From Massalongia carnosa (taxonomy: Eukaryota): a stretch of 64,000 nt of DNA. Below the pieces are notes generated by a model, which ran no database searches, was not told where the DNA came from, and saw only the letters and a program-made list of their open reading frames with translations. The translations under genes and the position numbers were made by a program. Each line of letters opens with the position of its first letter. Position 1 is the first letter of the stretch. Shown one piece after another: positions 39,916 through 52,779 of this stretch. The stretch is taken from the NCBI GenBank assembly GCA_965645245.1, contig OZ287069.1, positions 1,674,001-1,738,000 of the forward strand, written 5' to 3'.

Positions 39916-41802
39916 ATGATCCTATCGTCACGTCAAATACCGCCTACTATAGCCTTGCGTCGGGTTCCCTCCTCGAGTTCGACTCTAACGTTGTCCCCCA
40001 ACTCTGCCGAATTGACGGTAAATTATGGCCTACGACATCTACTCGACTCGCCCCTACCCTCACCCGCTCTGCCTTCAATCGTACCGCGTCATGGGAAGAA
40101 ACCAAGCCCACATCGTTTCCGGAAAGCCCTGAGAGCATTGGTGCGACTTTTGATATGGTCATGTGGGGTTTGGGCTTTATATTGGCTTGGCTTGAGAGTG
40201 GTCCTTCGAGCTACGCCACCGCTGACTATTAATTTAGTTGTCGGGGAAGGTGAAACGTATGAGTTTGTCGAGGATGAAACATTGCCAAAAGAACCCGTGG
40301 CAGCTATGGTCATTGACAACAAAGGCAAGCCAAAGTGGACAGTGTCAATACCGCCTGAATTATCTTTTCCGCTTCGACCCACCGAATATGCAGCCATCTG
40401 TCACCAATCTGCCAGCCTAGCGGAGAGTCTACAGGAATCACAAGGTCTGAATGGTCTTCATCAGCGTCGAGGCTTTCATAACTACTATCATACGGACCCA
40501 CATTTCATGGACATCGCCGAAGCCGAAGAGCAGGGATTGTTGTCGGCTAACCGGAAGGTGGATATGATTTCGCATCAGAAAATGCACAAGTCGGAGGAGA
40601 AACATTTGAACCAAATTTCTGCAAATCTGCCGCAGACGGAAAGAAAGATTTGTGAGAGGAGTCTTACGTATGTTTTAGAATCCGCCGATGCTGGCCTCGG
40701 AACGACACTATTGGGTTTGTGGATGTCGTACGGCCTAGCCAAGAAGGAGGGACGAGCTTTCTTCATTAGTGACACGAACTGGTATTCCATCATCTTGTCT
40801 CTCCATACGTTACCTGTGCTTATTCCTTATAGGGCTTACGGGAAGTATACCACCTTTTTCAAACCTCCCCCTCTTCCGTCTTGTCTCCCACCTTTATCAA
40901 CCCATCTCCTTCCCTGCCCACACCAAGCTCGTCATCTAGTTGTTTCGGCCTCAACCGCGCCTTGGACCTTTGGCAAGGCCTTTGCCGAAACATTCCAGGA
41001 CACACGCAAACCGGAGCCCCTTCGCCAAAATCCTCTGTTCTCACTACTCCGCATGGGACACGATGCATTGTTTCACCTCTCGGACGCCGACGCTGGCTAC
41101 CTCGCCGCCCGTAACTTGGAGCTGAACACCCAAATCCGTGCCCAAGGTGGAGTAGCCATTGGCCTTCACGTTCGTCGAGGTGACCGCCACCCTTGGGAGT
41201 TCCAATACCAAAAATCCTACATCCCCATCGAAGCCTACGTGGACGCTGCCCAGGCGATGTTAACCTCGGTCATCACACCTCAACCCCCTAGTGCCAACGC
41301 CCTCGCAGCCTCAAAGTTCGTCCTCGCTTCTGACGACCCGGACATATATGACGCGCCAGGACTCCAGTCCGCTCTCCACGCCCAGTCCCAGATCATCCTT
41401 GCCAGCAAATCCACCCTTGACGCCGCCCAAGGCTCCTCCGGCACCGCACCATCCTCCTCCCCTAGCAAGTTTGTCGAAGGCAACGTTGGATGGGAAGGCG
41501 GCTTCTTCTCCAACGTGTTCTGGGGCCTCGGTCTCGGTAACACAGTCGCACGGGGAACGTCTGCGGCGAGGGAAGATGAGCGGGAGCGGCCGCCAAGCGA
41601 GATATCACTTCGGCTCAGAGAGCTGGTGGCGCGGGCGTATCTGCTGGATCTGAAGGTTTTGGGCGGGGCTGATGGTGTGGTGTGCGGGGTGAGCAGTGCA
41701 GGGTGTCGACTTTTGGGTGTAATGATGGGTTGGGACGGAGTGGTAAGCGGGAGGTGGAAAAATATAGATGGGGCAGGCGGGTGGGTTGCGTTTGGACCCT
41801 GA
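39916..41802 (+). CDS. Type II membrane glycosyltransferase-like protein (GT23/FUT8/NodZ-like motifs)
   Basis: Single TM after a basic stretch (ALVRLLIWSCGVWALYWLGL), then GLGTTL, IGLHVRRGD, FVLASDDP and DLKVLGGADGVVCGVSS. Likely 51-nt intron at 40782-40832. Confidence 0.7.
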   Translation: MILSSRQIPPTIALRRVPSSSSTLTLSPNSAELTVNYGLRHLLDSPLPSPALPSIVPRHGKKPSPHRFRKALRALVRLLIWSCGVWALYWLGLRVVLRATPPLTINLVVGEGETYEFVEDETLPKEPVAAMVIDNKGKPKWTVSIPPELSFPLRPTEYAAICHQSASLAESLQESQGLNGLHQRRGFHNYYHTDPHFMDIAEAEEQGLLSANRKVDMISHQKMHKSEEKHLNQISANLPQTERKICERSLTYVLESADAGLGTTLLGLWMSYGLAKKEGRAFFISDTNWYSIILSLHTLPVLIPYRAYGKYTTFFKPPPLPSCLPPLSTHLLPCPHQARHLVVSASTAPWTFGKAFAETFQDTRKPEPLRQNPLFSLLRMGHDALFHLSDADAGYLAARNLELNTQIRAQGGVAIGLHVRRGDRHPWEFQYQKSYIPIEAYVDAAQAMLTSVITPQPPSANALAASKFVLASDDPDIYDAPGLQSALHAQSQIILASKSTLDAAQGSSGTAPSSSPSKFVEGNVGWEGGFFSNVFWGLGLGNTVARGTSAAREDERERPPSEISLRLRELVARAYLLDLKVLGGADGVVCGVSSAGCRLLGVMMGWDGVVSGRWKNIDGAGGWVAFGP

Positions 41803-42320
41803 GTTCATCAATCTAGCTCGTTGGGCTTCTTCCTAGAGGGATTTGGAAAAGGGAGGAATGGGTAGAAGCAACCCCGTCTTGGTGATTGGAAATAAAACCT
41901 TTAACCAACAATGGATGGCAAAGCCCTGTGGGTGATCGTACGATCAATTGCCTGGGGCTAAAGTGGATCCCCTAGGTACATATTTGCTACCCTTAAGACT
42001 TGGTATCGTACTGGTGACAAAAACATAGATAGGAGACGCGTAAGAAGCCATTTCCCCCATAACACCAAATACTCTAAACAGAAATCAAGTCCCCCTTCTC
42101 CAGCCCCACGGATGCTCGAGACCAGGGGAAAAGGAAAGTGGCGAGGCTCGCTGAACCTTCCCACATAACTACTTACCCAAGCTTATCTTAGCTAGCCGGG
42201 AAGGGTAGGTACAAGCTACCTAAGAAAGTATCAGATGGTGATGGGCAAGGGAAAGGGAGGGAGGGGGGGAGATGTGCAAGAAGTGGCATGTTTCCGTCAA
42301 TTATGAACGAACTTCCCACT

Positions 42321-42346
42321 TAGCTAGCTAGCTAGCTAGGTAGCTA
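42321..42346. repeat. (TAGC)n self-complementary microsatellite
   Basis: tagctagctagctagctaggtagcta, in the convergent GT23-like/URA6 spacer. Confidence 0.85.
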
Positions 42347-42445
42347 CCAACCAACCAGGCAACATCTACGTCCCCAACCCCCCCTTTCCTCTTCCCCTTC
42401 TATCCGTCTAGGTAATTTTTGTGGGAAATAAAAATCGCCGTTTCC

Positions 42446-43311
<866 letters not shown>

Positions 43312-43325
43312 CTAACGTGGGAAGT

Positions 43326-43616
43326 TTATTGAGGTGCTATGCTTGGGCCACGAGGTTTGTGCGGTCCGGGGTTGTTGGCACGGGATTTTACCATGAACAT
43401 GTAGGAGGCTGAGCCGGTGAGGGCGATAAGGATGAAAGGCCAAACTTTAAGAGGCTGAGAACTGGGGCCGCGGGGTTGGCCGGAGACGTAGGTTCGGAGG
43501 TATGGAGGCTTAAATGGCTGGACTGGCAGACCTGAGACGACGGATTTATTATTTCGAATGAGGCTGAACAATGGAGTCCTAGCATGGAGAACTCGAGGGG
43601 TTGAGTACATGCACAT
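43326..43616 (-). CDS. Small protein with a mitochondrial presequence-like N-terminus and one TM, or an upstream exon of URA6
   Basis: 96 aa with no Asp or Glu, Arg/Ser/Leu-rich N-terminus, RTY putative cleavage site, TM KVWPFILIALTGSASYMFMVKSR. Stop codon is 38 nt before the URA6 ATG. Confidence 0.65.
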   Translation of the reverse strand: MCMYSTPRVLHARTPLFSLIRNNKSVVSGLPVQPFKPPYLRTYVSGQPRGPSSQPLKVWPFILIALTGSASYMFMVKSRANNPGPHKPRGPSIAPQ

Positions 43617-45345
43617 CAGGCTGCGGAGCTTGAGGGGGTGAAGTTTTGACTGTTGCTTGGGGAGAGGAAATGACGTACATTATCTGGCATAGAAGATTCC
43701 CAAAAAGGCACTTGCTTCGGATGAATGTTTTTCCTTGACGTTAGGGACGACCACGCGCAAGCATTTATATTCTCATGTTTCTAATGTGATCTATCATTCA
43801 GCTCCAACCTTTTGCTTTGAACTGGGGTCTCTAGCTCATCGAAGTCTCTTCCATTCTGTTTGGACATGCTGGATGGCCGGAAACATATTCTGGCCAGCTC
43901 TTACACCACCAGCATTAATATTTCGACCCGCTGTGAGCCTGCTATCCCCCATGGCTCCAAGCCCATGGATGGTTTGTAGAGTGAATGATGGGCTCCTAAA
44001 TCTACCTCGTTTTCTTGCCAGCAAAAGGGTTTCTTTTGTTACACAAGATCTTGACGAGGTGACATATGCAACTCAAAAGGTGATTACGGTTAACGAGGTA
44101 CGTCAATGCGTGTCCGTATCCTTTCCTAGAATCTCGTTTGACTCATACGCCAGTATCAAAAGGCTCCTGCAATACCTGCCATACCTACCATTTGCATCAA
44201 AATGTAATTGCGAATGGACCTCTGTGGTTTCTGTGACTATCGTACCAGACGCATCTTCCACTTTCACACGAGGCAGCGTGTAGCGCCATTAATACTACCT
44301 GAAATACCACCTGAAGCTTGACAAGCGAACGGTCGTTTTGGCATGATGGAGCGATGCGGGTAAGATATACTGCGTACGGTATTGAACTGGGAATGCTCAA
44401 AATGACTATACCTACTTACCTAGCAAGTTTGCTTTGGTTGTAAAAGGTAAGTTTGCCTTTTAATTTGGAAGCCTGCCTTGATCAAGGCTTGTCACAGATG
44501 CAGGCCGAAAAGAAATAAGAAAAGACAAGATGAATTCAAACAGCTGTTGTTAACATCCCAGTTAGAGTCACCTCTAAGATACCCTTCTCTATCGCATCTC
44601 TTCTTCCATTCCCCTCCATTCCCCTCCATTCCCTTCCATTTTCTTTTCAGTTTCTTTGCTCAGTCATGCTCAACACCCCGATGTGCTGTTGCCGGGACGT
44701 AAGTGTTACCCACACAACAATAGCAAACGGCATGTGACTTGGCAAATGGAGTTTTGTAATGTCGGGTGCTATTCATTACTCTTTTATTGAGGAGTGAGCG
44801 AATGATACGTTATTGTTCGTATCTATTCTAGCTATTGTCGTGTATTGTTAATACCAAGTTTACACTAATCATGAAAGAACAAGAATGAACGCGATTCACT
44901 TTTGCCTGTATCCCCGCTAGTCTTAACTTACCTTACCTATTTATCACCCAAATTCTCTTTCCGTCTCTCCTTCCTCTTCAACCTCTTTCACCTCTCTTGC
45001 ACCTGCGTCTTGGTCAATTTCTCCTTTGTCCTGCCGAAACTACTCTGATAGTCATCAGGTGGTCTTACTGCCCATACAGTCTGTTCCGTTGGCTTTACAA
45101 CACTTTGTTAATTTCATACTTTACCCCTGCAAAAGTTCGTTTGATCCAAATCAAACTAGATCTCTCAATCTCTGCTCCTGGAAGATTCTTTATCCAAACT
45201 CTTCATCCTAGTCAAACAAGATCCAATTTCTTCCCATTTCAACCTGTCGATTTAAAGGCTTCTACAATAGCCCTCTACCCCTTCCAGCTCTACTACTTTT
45301 CCTGAAATTTTCAGAGCTGCAATCAAAAGCTTAAGTTCTACCACA

Positions 45346-46482
45346 ATGTCCAAGCAGAGCAAGAAATCGAAGAAATCGAAGCAGTCGGCACCTCCGAAAG
45401 TCAAGAAAAGTCAGCTTGGCAAGAAAGCCGCAATTGAAAAACTGGTCCAGCAGCATGCCATGATTACCGTCAAACTTCCCACTAGACCTGCTATTCAGCA
45501 TCCCTTGAAGCAAAACGTCTGCCTTCTTTCAGGCCCCCTTCCTACTCAAGTTCCTCGACCGCAGACAATTGCGGTACGTTTACCTCCTTGCGGACCTCTA
45601 CGGCCACCACTGAACTTTAGGCTGCTCAAGTTTCTCGACTTTCCTGGAGAAATACGTAACAGAATCTACGACCTTGTGTTCACGCCGGAGATGTACGAGC
45701 TCCGCTGGGCTGATAACACCAAGAAAAGCTTAAGTTATCGATTCCCGATGCGCCCTGCTGCAGGTCCGCGGCTTGCCCCTTACATCATCCGCCGCCGCCG
45801 TCTTTTCGACTATCCGAGACGTATTCGCAGCAACGAGGTCATTGGACCGTACCATCTTTCCCCAGGCCCGGCAGCTCTTCTTCTAACGTGCAAGAAAGTG
45901 AACGAAGAGGTATGCAGTCGAACGATCCACCTCCCCCAGTGACTTACCACTTCACAGGCTTCTCCTCTCTTTTACGGCAACAGCACCTTTGCGTTCAAGA
46001 GCTTGAGCGTTCTTACCCATTTCCTCAGCACTCTAAGCATCACCAATAAAGCCGCCATCCGCAGTCTTCACCTAAAGCACCATACGGCCGGAAATCCATT
46101 CTTGACGCTTCATACCCTTTGGAAAGCTGTTTACGATGAGAAGTGGGAGGATTTGTGTTTTCAAATTTCTGAAGAGTTGAAAGGTTTGGAGGAGCTGAGC
46201 CTTATTCTCACCATCAATGACGTCCCAATTCTCTTTGATATCAATGAACCTTGGATGTATCCCTTGCTGTACTTTGAGGATATTGGACTCAGGCGATGCT
46301 CGGTGATTCTCCAGAACCACTCGGCTTTGGATACGGTTCTTGAGGTGGAGGCATACAAGCTGCGTATGATGATGCTAGGAGATGCGTTCGAGGACGGCCC
46401 GAAATGCGAATCGCAATGGTTCCGACAACTTAGAAGAGTTTCTCGCGGGGGAGCCAATGTGTTAACCATTCGCGAATGGTAA
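45346..46482 (+). CDS. Hypothetical protein with an F-box-like LPxEIRxxIY motif, 1 intron
   Basis: Lys-rich N-terminus, FLDFPGEIRNRIYDLV, ALLLTCKKVNEE|ASPLFYGNSTF, IRSLHL. Intron at about 45910-45957. Confidence 0.75.
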
Positions 46483-47683
46483 ATTTAAGATATTCAATTA
46501 GCGGATCCAGGCACGTGAAAATGAGTGGTTCTAGGATTCGAAGGAATCTTTTTGTCGGTGAAAGAGAGATTTGTGAGGGGATAACACCGGAGATCAAGGT
46601 TGGATACCTTTTTATTCTATTTTTTTTAAGAGGATTGCGACTTGCATGTAATTTGGCAGAATGCCCATCCTAAACAATCTTTCATCCATACATAGCAGCT
46701 TAGTAGCTACTATTTATATCTTAGGGGAAAATGCATTTCTATATCTTGCCTTCGCATCTTCCTTTGCCGACTGAATCCGACCGAGTCCTGCAATGCATCA
46801 ATTCCGTCCAATCAACACGACCAACAACTAGATACCTCTTTGATTCTTCTTACTAAAATGGAAGGATAGATAGATGTGTCAACGGTGATTTGCTTTTTTT
46901 CTTCTTCTTGCACTTTCTGAGGGCGGGCTATGGATGTCGTATGTACCTACATACCTACATACACAAACGGTATTTCCGTCAATAGGGACGGATCCAAGAG
47001 GGGGGGGCTATGGGCATGATGGCTATGTACTTGTCGATATTCTGTGTGATTATTCATTCCTCCCTTTATGTCTTTTTTTCTCTGAACGGGTGTTGGTTGG
47101 TTGGTTGATTTGTTTATTCGCGCCCTCTCTCTCTCTCTCTCGCTCTCTACTTAAATCTATCTTTTGGGGTATCATTTTCATTTTCATTTTCCCTTCATCC
47201 CCCTCTCCCATCCTTCCTCTTACGTACGCGCAATATATACATACATACGTACCCGTCATTCCACCCTTACCCCCGCCATTCCCCCTCGAGTACCCTTTCA
47301 CCCATCTCAGGCCCCCCATTCCTTATAATTTATTTAAAACTCCCCCTCCCTTCACGGGGCCGAAAGTCATTTAGTCATTTAGTTACTTGGTTATTCATCC
47401 ATCCTCTCTCCTACAATCTCGCTAACAATACCCCTTAAATAATACAAGTGGATCCAGATCCAAGATTCGGAAAATGCGACCTACACGCCCAGGATTTCGA
47501 TCGGCTCTTAAAGGTGGGGGGGGAGGAGGGGGGGAGGTCAAGGGAACTGTGTGTGTAAGGTATAAAACGAGTAACTTATAATGGGAAATCGGCACGGAAG
47601 GTTTCGTGGGTGGATGGAAAGGGGGAAAGAAAGGGAGAAGAAAGAGGATGGGTGAGCGAGAGCTTTGTGCGGAATTGGAGTTG

Positions 47684-47755
47684 GGTTGGGTTGGGGGGGG
47701 GGAGTGGGGAGTGGGAAGTTGGGAGTGGGGAGTGGGGAGTTGGGAGTGGGGAGTG
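47684..47755 (+). repeat. Imperfect GGGAGTG/GGGAGTT heptamer array, G-quadruplex-capable
   Basis: About 8 heptamer units preceded by GGGTT units, giving at least 10 runs of three or more G. Confidence 0.85.
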
Positions 47756-49200
47756 AATGGTTGTGGTTGGTTTGCGAGTAGTGAGAGAATGGGGATGTTC
47801 GGGGTTTGGGTTGGGTAGAGAGTACCAGGTAAAAATCACCGGTTCGCAAAATACCAATTGGGTAATCCCCAAAATAGAACTCTTTGGGACAGGGGCGATG
47901 GGGCCTAGTGCGGAAGTTACTGGGAGAATCTGCAAATCCAAAGTCGGTTAATAAGCACCAACCAAGGCAAGATGAAGGATGCTTTATGCCGCTAATTAGT
48001 AGTAATTTATAGAGTATTCGACACCGAAAGGGAAATAAATGCCTTATGGGACATGGGACTCACGGGGACTCGGGGACTCGAGACGTTGTACGCAAACTCT
48101 CACTTACGGCGTACAGCGTACAGTCTATGTGGTATGTAGTATGTGGTATTGGATATTTTAAGACAACAAGTCAGTCCGATGAGGCAGGTCGATCTGTATG
48201 CATGGAAAACGCAGATGAGAAAGGCACGATTCAAACATCAATGAATCAGGGCGCGGCAAGTTTTGCTAGAGGCATTCGCGTTCAAGCAGTCAATGCCCGG
48301 CACAATGATACCTGGCGTGAACCTCGAAAACACCCCAAAGATCTGCCGTTAGCGATGGATCTCAAGGCGCTTGACGTGTTCCACTTCACATCTCATCATC
48401 AGGTTTCGTCCTTCGGTGGCGGCAAGTGAAGTGAAGGGGACTTCGAGCTGGTTGGCTTGACAGCTACAGGGGTTCGAGTTTTAGGCTGATCAGGATCCGA
48501 CCGACTCGCCCCTTTCCAGCCAACCGCATCATCCTTATCCGTTCACCATGCAGCCCAAAACGATGCGGAAGCACTAAACTTGGCAGTGTTCAAGATTTCT
48601 GATTCGTCTACTCGCGGAATCACTTCCCTCCACAAGTGCACAAGTGTCGAGTTTGCCGCCGCTATTTCACTAGACCGTCGCTCACGAGCCACAAGCGTTG
48701 GCCTTGAGCTTCTTCACGTCTGCTAGGTTCACGGATTGGAGGTTGCGCCCGGCATGGACGCGGGGTTTTTGGACATTGGAGGTCTCCTCCGGCTGGGGAG
48801 CGATGCTACTTGGGTGTACAATGAAACTTCCAGAGGAAGTGACGGCGATGATCTACTCTGGTATCAGGGAAAGGCGCAACTTGCATCGGCAAAACAAAAA
48901 GCTCTAGATGGGATTCTTAGCCCCCGTTGGTGCGTCGATTCCCACCCCAGACTTCTCGAGTCCAGAGTAAGTACTCTGGACCGCATATGCTAGCTGCAAG
49001 CCGTGCATTAGGCATAAGACGACCACTCTCTCAAACCACACCCCATACTCTCGGCTTCTTTCTTGGGCGTCTATTTCTGGAGGGCTACACCAATCTGTCT
49101 GTGGACCTATCATGATCGTTGCTTCGGGGTGGCTAGGGCTGCTTCGCGCCCACACCATTGATTGTTCGTATGCCTTCCCATCCTCCTTCTATCCATCTTT

Positions 49201-49248
49201 TTCTCCTTGTTCTCCTTGTTCTCCCTGTTCTCCCTGTTCTCCCTGTTC
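49201..49248 (+). repeat. 9-bp tandem repeat TTCTCCYTG x5
   Basis: Read directly, upstream of ham-8. Confidence 0.9.
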
Positions 49249-49541
49249 GTTGTTCATTTCCAATGCAAAACTGATTTGGCGGCCCGGTACTTGTGGATTG
49301 GCTAGTTCCTTCTGTTACCTGGGCGCTTGAATAAAATCCCCAGCGTCGCACCTTCGAGGACGATTTCCTTGGCACTGCGCAATCTCATCGTATTACAACT
49401 CACCTCACGCCCTTTCTGCGACCTCCTCGGAAGCTGGATCTTTTCGAAGTTGTCAACGAAGGTCAGCACGCCGTCGATCAAGTACAACGGGATTGTCTTT
49501 TCGCTTCGTAGTCTCACGTCAGCCGTGCGTCGCTTATTATT

Positions 49542-51223
49542 ATGTCTAACGACCAACATCGAAATTACGAATTCGTTTCTCCCGTCGAAACCGACACCTA
49601 TCCCTCTCGAACCGTCCTAGACGACGAGAAGGAGACTCAAATCGCGGTGCGCCCACGAAGGTCATCAAGTTCCTCGGTCGCACTTTCGATCAAGACTCCA
49701 AGAACAGCTCGCTTCGCCGAAGCAACTTCCGTCAACTCGCCCATCGGTCCCAGCGTTGCCGGTCGTTCGCCGTTCGCCGACCCTCCGGTTCGAACGACCC
49801 ACCTCATGCCTCAACCCCAGCCTTCCGATGTAGGCTTCGGCTACATGTCGGAGAATCAAGCCTCCAAACATACATCGTTTGCCGGCGTCGAAGTCCCGCT
49901 TACCCCGACATCACCGTTGAAAAGCGCGTTGAAACCGCCTGGCACTCCTGCGAGATTCGCCAATCCGCTCAGCCCAACGTTCCGGGAAGAACAGATCTTG
50001 GAAAAGGAAGAGAAAAAGACCGAGAAGCAAAACGCGGCGGACTTGGTAGGCCCGTTCTGCCTCCGGAAGCAGGAGCGTCACACTGACCATGTGCATAGAA
50101 AGTGAAAACCCGCGTTCGTATGGCCAAGATGGCCCTTCGAGGCGTCAACTTCAGTTGCAGTCTGATCGTCTTATCGATGCTTTCCGCTACCTTTACTATT
50201 TTCAACGCCTCGAAAGCCATACCGCCACGGGGCACTTCGACACCGTGGGCGCATCAGCAGGAAACATGGCCCCAGATTACTTTACTAGTCATTGCCTGCA
50301 TCTCGCTTGCCATGTCGATTGTCATCATCTATGCGTACTGGAAGGGCGGCCATCGACGGGCGGAAAAAGCGGCCGTTTACTACACCGTATTTGCCATTGG
50401 CTTCTTCATCGTCAGCATAGTCATCTGGGCGATCGGTGCTGCAATCTTGAACCAAAGCAAAAAGAATGGCCGAGACAAGGACCTGTGGGGGTGGGCCTGC
50501 AAGGACGGGAAGCGGAAGGCACTCTTCCAAGATCAAGTCGATTATGATCTGGTGTGCCGGTTGCAGGTGAGAGAAGCCCCTCGGTCGCACCGACGCTGCA
50601 TCGCTAACCATGTCATCCAGAATTGGTCGCTCATCTGCGCTTTTATCGAGATCATCGTCGAAGTCATTACCATCGCCATCTACGGCATTGTCTTTTATCG
50701 TTTCTATTCTAAGCGTAAGCTCCATAAGTCGATGGATCTTCGGGATCGCGCCCGTTCCGATCTTTACCTCGCGCAACTCCGCACGCAGTCGGCTCCCAAC
50801 ACCCCCGGGTTTCAAAAGAACTTCCCATCCACCGTGCACGACGACCCTCTGGACGCTGCCGAAAACGGCGAAAATTACGACCACATGACTCAATTCGCTC
50901 AGAAGCACCAATCTTTTGCCCAACCTAAACCCTTTGCCCTCCAGCCACCTCCTATCCGGGTCCAACATGCCACTCCGTCGATCCACCAAGAAGGCTTTGA
51001 GGCGTCACCCCAACCGCTGGAGCACGTCCCGGCTGCGCCGGGAGAGCAGACATACGAAGCCGTACCCATTCCTGGAGCTTACGCCAGTCCACTGGCGAGT
51101 CCAGCCTTTCAACCACAAAGCTTGAACTACGGTGCTTCGCAGCCCGGACAAGCGTACACGACCGAAGCGCGGGCGGACAGTACGCCATCCAGCCCAAGGC
51201 AACGAAGGATAGGCGTGCAGTAA
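49542..51223 (+). CDS. ham-8: HAM-8 hyphal anastomosis MARVEL-like membrane protein, 2 introns
   Basis: SPLKSALKPPGTP..NPLSPTFREEQILEK, KTRVRMAKMALRGVNFSCSLIVLSML, four TMs, DLWGWAC, RDRARSDLYLAQLRTQSAPNTPG. Introns at about 50046-50098 and 50567-50620. Confidence 0.82.
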
Positions 51224-51712
51224 TTAGGGATGCAGGGGCGAAGGGACCATGGGAAAAGGAGGTGTTTTTGTTTAATCGTCACTCGCTGATCTTTACAAGT
51301 TTCTATTTCTCCGACATATATTCCCGGGGGGGGGGGGTTGGTGTTTGGGTTATCAGCTACTGGATTGGCAAGATTGAGATCATTCGTAGTTTGATTAATC
51401 TGTATCTATGCAAGAAAGACATGAATCATCAATACCATTTAATTAATTCCCATGATCGCTGGCTGCCACATTCATGTCGTGGGTAAAGCCAAAACACTAT
51501 GATCGTAACCGAAGACCGACAACGTCCCTTCCGTTTGCTGATGCTGATGCTGATGATGATGATGACATGGCTGAGCGTTCCCGGGGTTCCGCCAAGAAAA
51601 TCCCTCCTCCCCTCCCTCAATCCCTTCCGTCCGTCCGTCCATCATCGTCCTACATACTCATCGTTCGAACAACCTTCCCCCCAAAACACCAGACACTCCA
51701 CCAAAAAAAACC

Positions 51713-52779
51713 ATGGCCCCAGCCAAACCCCCAAACCCGCGCTTCCTGCTCCCGCAACGAACCTGGAAAGTCCCTCAACCCACGCAAGCCTATTCACCTT
51801 TCCCCTTCCCCATCCACCAACCATTCCCCTCTCTTCTCCACCGACCATTCTCGCACCCCTGCCGTCTCTACCTCCCTTCCTTCCCCTCCTCCTCCTCCTC
51901 CTCCCCCTCCTCCCCCTCCTCCTCTCCCTCCTTCTTGCCATCATCATCACTACTACGGCGCAACTCCTTCTCCGCACGCCTCTTCTCGACGACCCCCCCC
52001 CGCCCGCGCGACCACCATTTCGACACGCTGAAGTTCGTGCAGAGGCTTCGCGCCGAGGGCTTCTCCGAGGAGCAGGCGCGCGCCATGATGCGGGTGCTGT
52101 CCGACGTCATCGAGGAGTCGATCCAGAATCTTACGAGAACCATGGTGTTGCGGGAAGGTATGTGTGTGTCTGTTGTTGTTATTGTTGTTATTATGATGAT
52201 GATTGGATTCCCCTCCCAATTTCCGTTCCATCCCTAGCTTAGCTAACCTGTCCCCCCCACCTCCCCCCCTGGGCATTTTGCAATAACCCCCAGACGCCGA
52301 CCGCAGCACCTACAGCTCCAAGGTCGACCTGACCAAACTCCGCTCCGAGCTCCTGGCCGCCGACTCGGCCGACGCCACGCTCACGCTCGCCTCGCACGAG
52401 CGGCTCTCCAACGACGTGGCCAAGCTGGCCTCGCGGCTCCGCGACGAGATCGGCCGCGCCCAGGCCAGCGTCAAGCTCGACCTGAACCTCGAAAAGGGCC
52501 GGATCCGCGAGGAGGCCAAGGGCCAGGAGCTGAAGATCCGTGAGACGGAGACGCGCATCGAGCAGGAGGTGGCCGGCTTGCGGGAGAGGGTTGAGGGCGT
52601 CAAGTTTAGCACCCTACAGTGGTTGATGTGAGTTTTTTTGGGGGGGGGGAATTCGGGGATCGATGAAAACACACGCTGCGAGGAAAAAGTGAGGCTGATT
52701 TGGTGTTTGTCCTTTCTCCAGGGGTGTGTGCACCGGTACCGCGGCGCTGATCCTAGGAGCGTGGCGCCTGCTCATGTAA
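51713..52779 (+). CDS. FMP32: Mitochondrial DUF1640 coiled-coil protein (Fmp32/CCDC90-like), 2 introns
   Basis: HHFDTLKFVQRLRAEGFSEEQA, VKLDLNLEKGRIRE, C-terminal TM QWLMGVCTGTAALILGAWRLLM. Introns at about 52158-52293 and 52628-52721. Confidence 0.88.

Noticed and set aside
43735..44400. ORFs between URA6 and the F-box-like gene
   Set aside because: Non-ATG starts, no coherent spliced model and no recognisable motif.
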